Assembly: GCA_052279835.1 (NCBI GenBank)
Contig: CP181291.1
Location: 736,001 to 800,000 of the forward strand
Source of the DNA: Microcoleus sp.
GTDB lineage: Bacteria; Cyanobacteriota; Cyanobacteriia; Cyanobacteriales; Microcoleaceae
Length of the DNA stretch: 64,000 nucleotides
Reading direction: 5' to 3'
The notes below the pieces were generated by a model, which saw only the letters and a list, made by a program, of their open reading frames with translations, was not told where the DNA came from and did no database searches. Positions 62,813-64,000 of this stretch are shown here, piece by piece. Position 1 is the first letter of the stretch. Each line of letters begins with the position of its first letter. The translations under genes were made by a program, and so were the position numbers.

Positions 62813-62941
62813 CGCTAAATTTTGGTTGACACTAATTATCAACTTTATAATAAATCGGCTTCAAGTCAACATAGATTTTCTTTAACTTGAATCAAAAACC
62901 AAAAATCTTTCTCAGATTCCCATCTAAAATCCCAAATCAAT

Positions 62942-64000
62942 ATGACTTTTCCCCCTTTGATTCAGCAAATGTTACAACCAGGATTTTATCCCCACACAGT
63001 CACAGAACCGGTGCAGTTAATTCAGACTCACATTTCCTTTGTGTTCCTGACCGGAGAATATGTTTATAAAATCAAAAAACCAGTCAATTTTGGCTTTTTG
63101 GATTATTCCACCTTAGAGAAAAGAAAGCATTTTTGCCATCAAGAATTGCAAATGAATCAGCGAACAGCAGCGGAAATTTACCTGGAAGTTTTGCCCATTG
63201 TTCAAATAGGCGATCGCTTTCAATTTGCCAAGGATGCAGCAGCGACAAATTCGGCTGAAATTCCTGTGGAATACGTCTTGAAAATGCGGGAATTTCCCCA
63301 AACTTCGCTGTTTCTGAGTTTGTTGGAACGGGGAGAGTTGACGGAGGAATTGATGGCAGACTTAGGGCGGGAAGTTGCCAAATTTCACGGCACTACACTT
63401 ACCAATAAGTATATCAGCAAATTTGGCGAAGTCAACCAAATTCGCAAGGCAATAGATAATAATTACCTGATTTCGCAAAAATATATCGGTGGGCCGCAGA
63501 CTCAAGCACAATATCAGGAAACCCAAAATTATACAGACTCATTTTTTGCCGAAAATAAAGAGTTATTTAACCGCCGAATAGCCAATCATAAAATTCGTGA
63601 ATGCCACGGAGATTTGCACTTGCGAAACATCGCATTCTGGCAAAATAAAATATTGCTATTTGATTGCATTGAATTTAACGAGCCTTTTCGGTTTGTGGAT
63701 GTGATGTACGATATTGCCTTCACCGTGATGGATTTGGAATCGCGGGGGCGCAGAGAATTAGGCAATGCTTTTCTCAATACTTATATTGAAGAAACAGGGG
63801 ATTGGGAAGGACTGGAAGTGCTGCCACTATACTTAAGTCGTCAAGCTTATGTGAGAGCAAAAGTAACTTCCTTGATGTTGGATGATGCTAGTATTTCAAC
63901 TACCGAAAAAGCTGAGATTTCACAGACAGCAGCTCATTATTATAAACTGGCTTGGGAATATACAAAACCGCGTCAAGGAAAGTTAACTTTAATGTCAGGT
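62942..64000 (+). CDS. aminoglycoside-phosphotransferase-like / AAA kinase fusion protein (partial, runs off the window)
   Basis: MTFPPLIQQMLQPGFYPH..EPVQLIQTHISFVFLTGEYVYKIKKPVNFGFLDYSTLEKRK...RECHGDLHLRNI...FDCIEFNEPFR; frame open to the window end. Confidence 0.88.
   Translation, partial: MTFPPLIQQMLQPGFYPHTVTEPVQLIQTHISFVFLTGEYVYKIKKPVNFGFLDYSTLEKRKHFCHQELQMNQRTAAEIYLEVLPIVQIGDRFQFAKDAAATNSAEIPVEYVLKMREFPQTSLFLSLLERGELTEELMADLGREVAKFHGTTLTNKYISKFGEVNQIRKAIDNNYLISQKYIGGPQTQAQYQETQNYTDSFFAENKELFNRRIANHKIRECHGDLHLRNIAFWQNKILLFDCIEFNEPFRFVDVMYDIAFTVMDLESRGRRELGNAFLNTYIEETGDWEGLEVLPLYLSRQAYVRAKVTSLMLDDASISTTEKAEISQTAAHYYKLAWEYTKPRQGKLTLMSG

Overview
Chromosomal window from a filamentous cyanobacterium. 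Evidence: abundant HIP1 (GCGATCGC) sites, heptameric STRR repeats, rpaA and cyanobacterial-type secA; an Oscillatoriales/Microcoleus-like origin is inference. Core content: the end of a surface-polysaccharide glycosylation cluster (methyltransferase, two GT4, HepA-like ABC transporter, GT10), rpaA, the str operon (rpsL-rpsG-fusA-tuf-rpsJ), secA, pyrD, MPBQ/MSBQ methyltransferase, pabB/pabC-like genes, a transaldolase-family gene, two Ser/Thr kinases, a Ca2+/H+ antiporter, ilvD, a PRK-like kinase and a PfkB kinase. Three accessory zones stand out. (1) 15.1-20.2 kb: an LRR-Roc-COR gene preceded by two truncated copies of its own 5' end, each followed by a DUF433 antitoxin whose PIN toxin is cut to a stub. 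(2) 52.0-58.3 kb: an HTH-NB-ARC gene lacking sensor repeats, divergent from a 1417-aa RTX-type exoprotein, with seven same-strand TGAGCC-like boxes between them. (3) 58.3-61.8 kb: four small toxin-antitoxin/Uma2/hypothetical modules, each delimited by same-orientation GCGATCGCCCTT repeats, resembling an integrase-less cassette array. There is also a decayed IS200/IS605 tnpB and several MITE/REP-like elements. No rRNA, tRNA or CRISPR array was recognised. All calls come from reading the sequence and recalling protein families; no searches were run.
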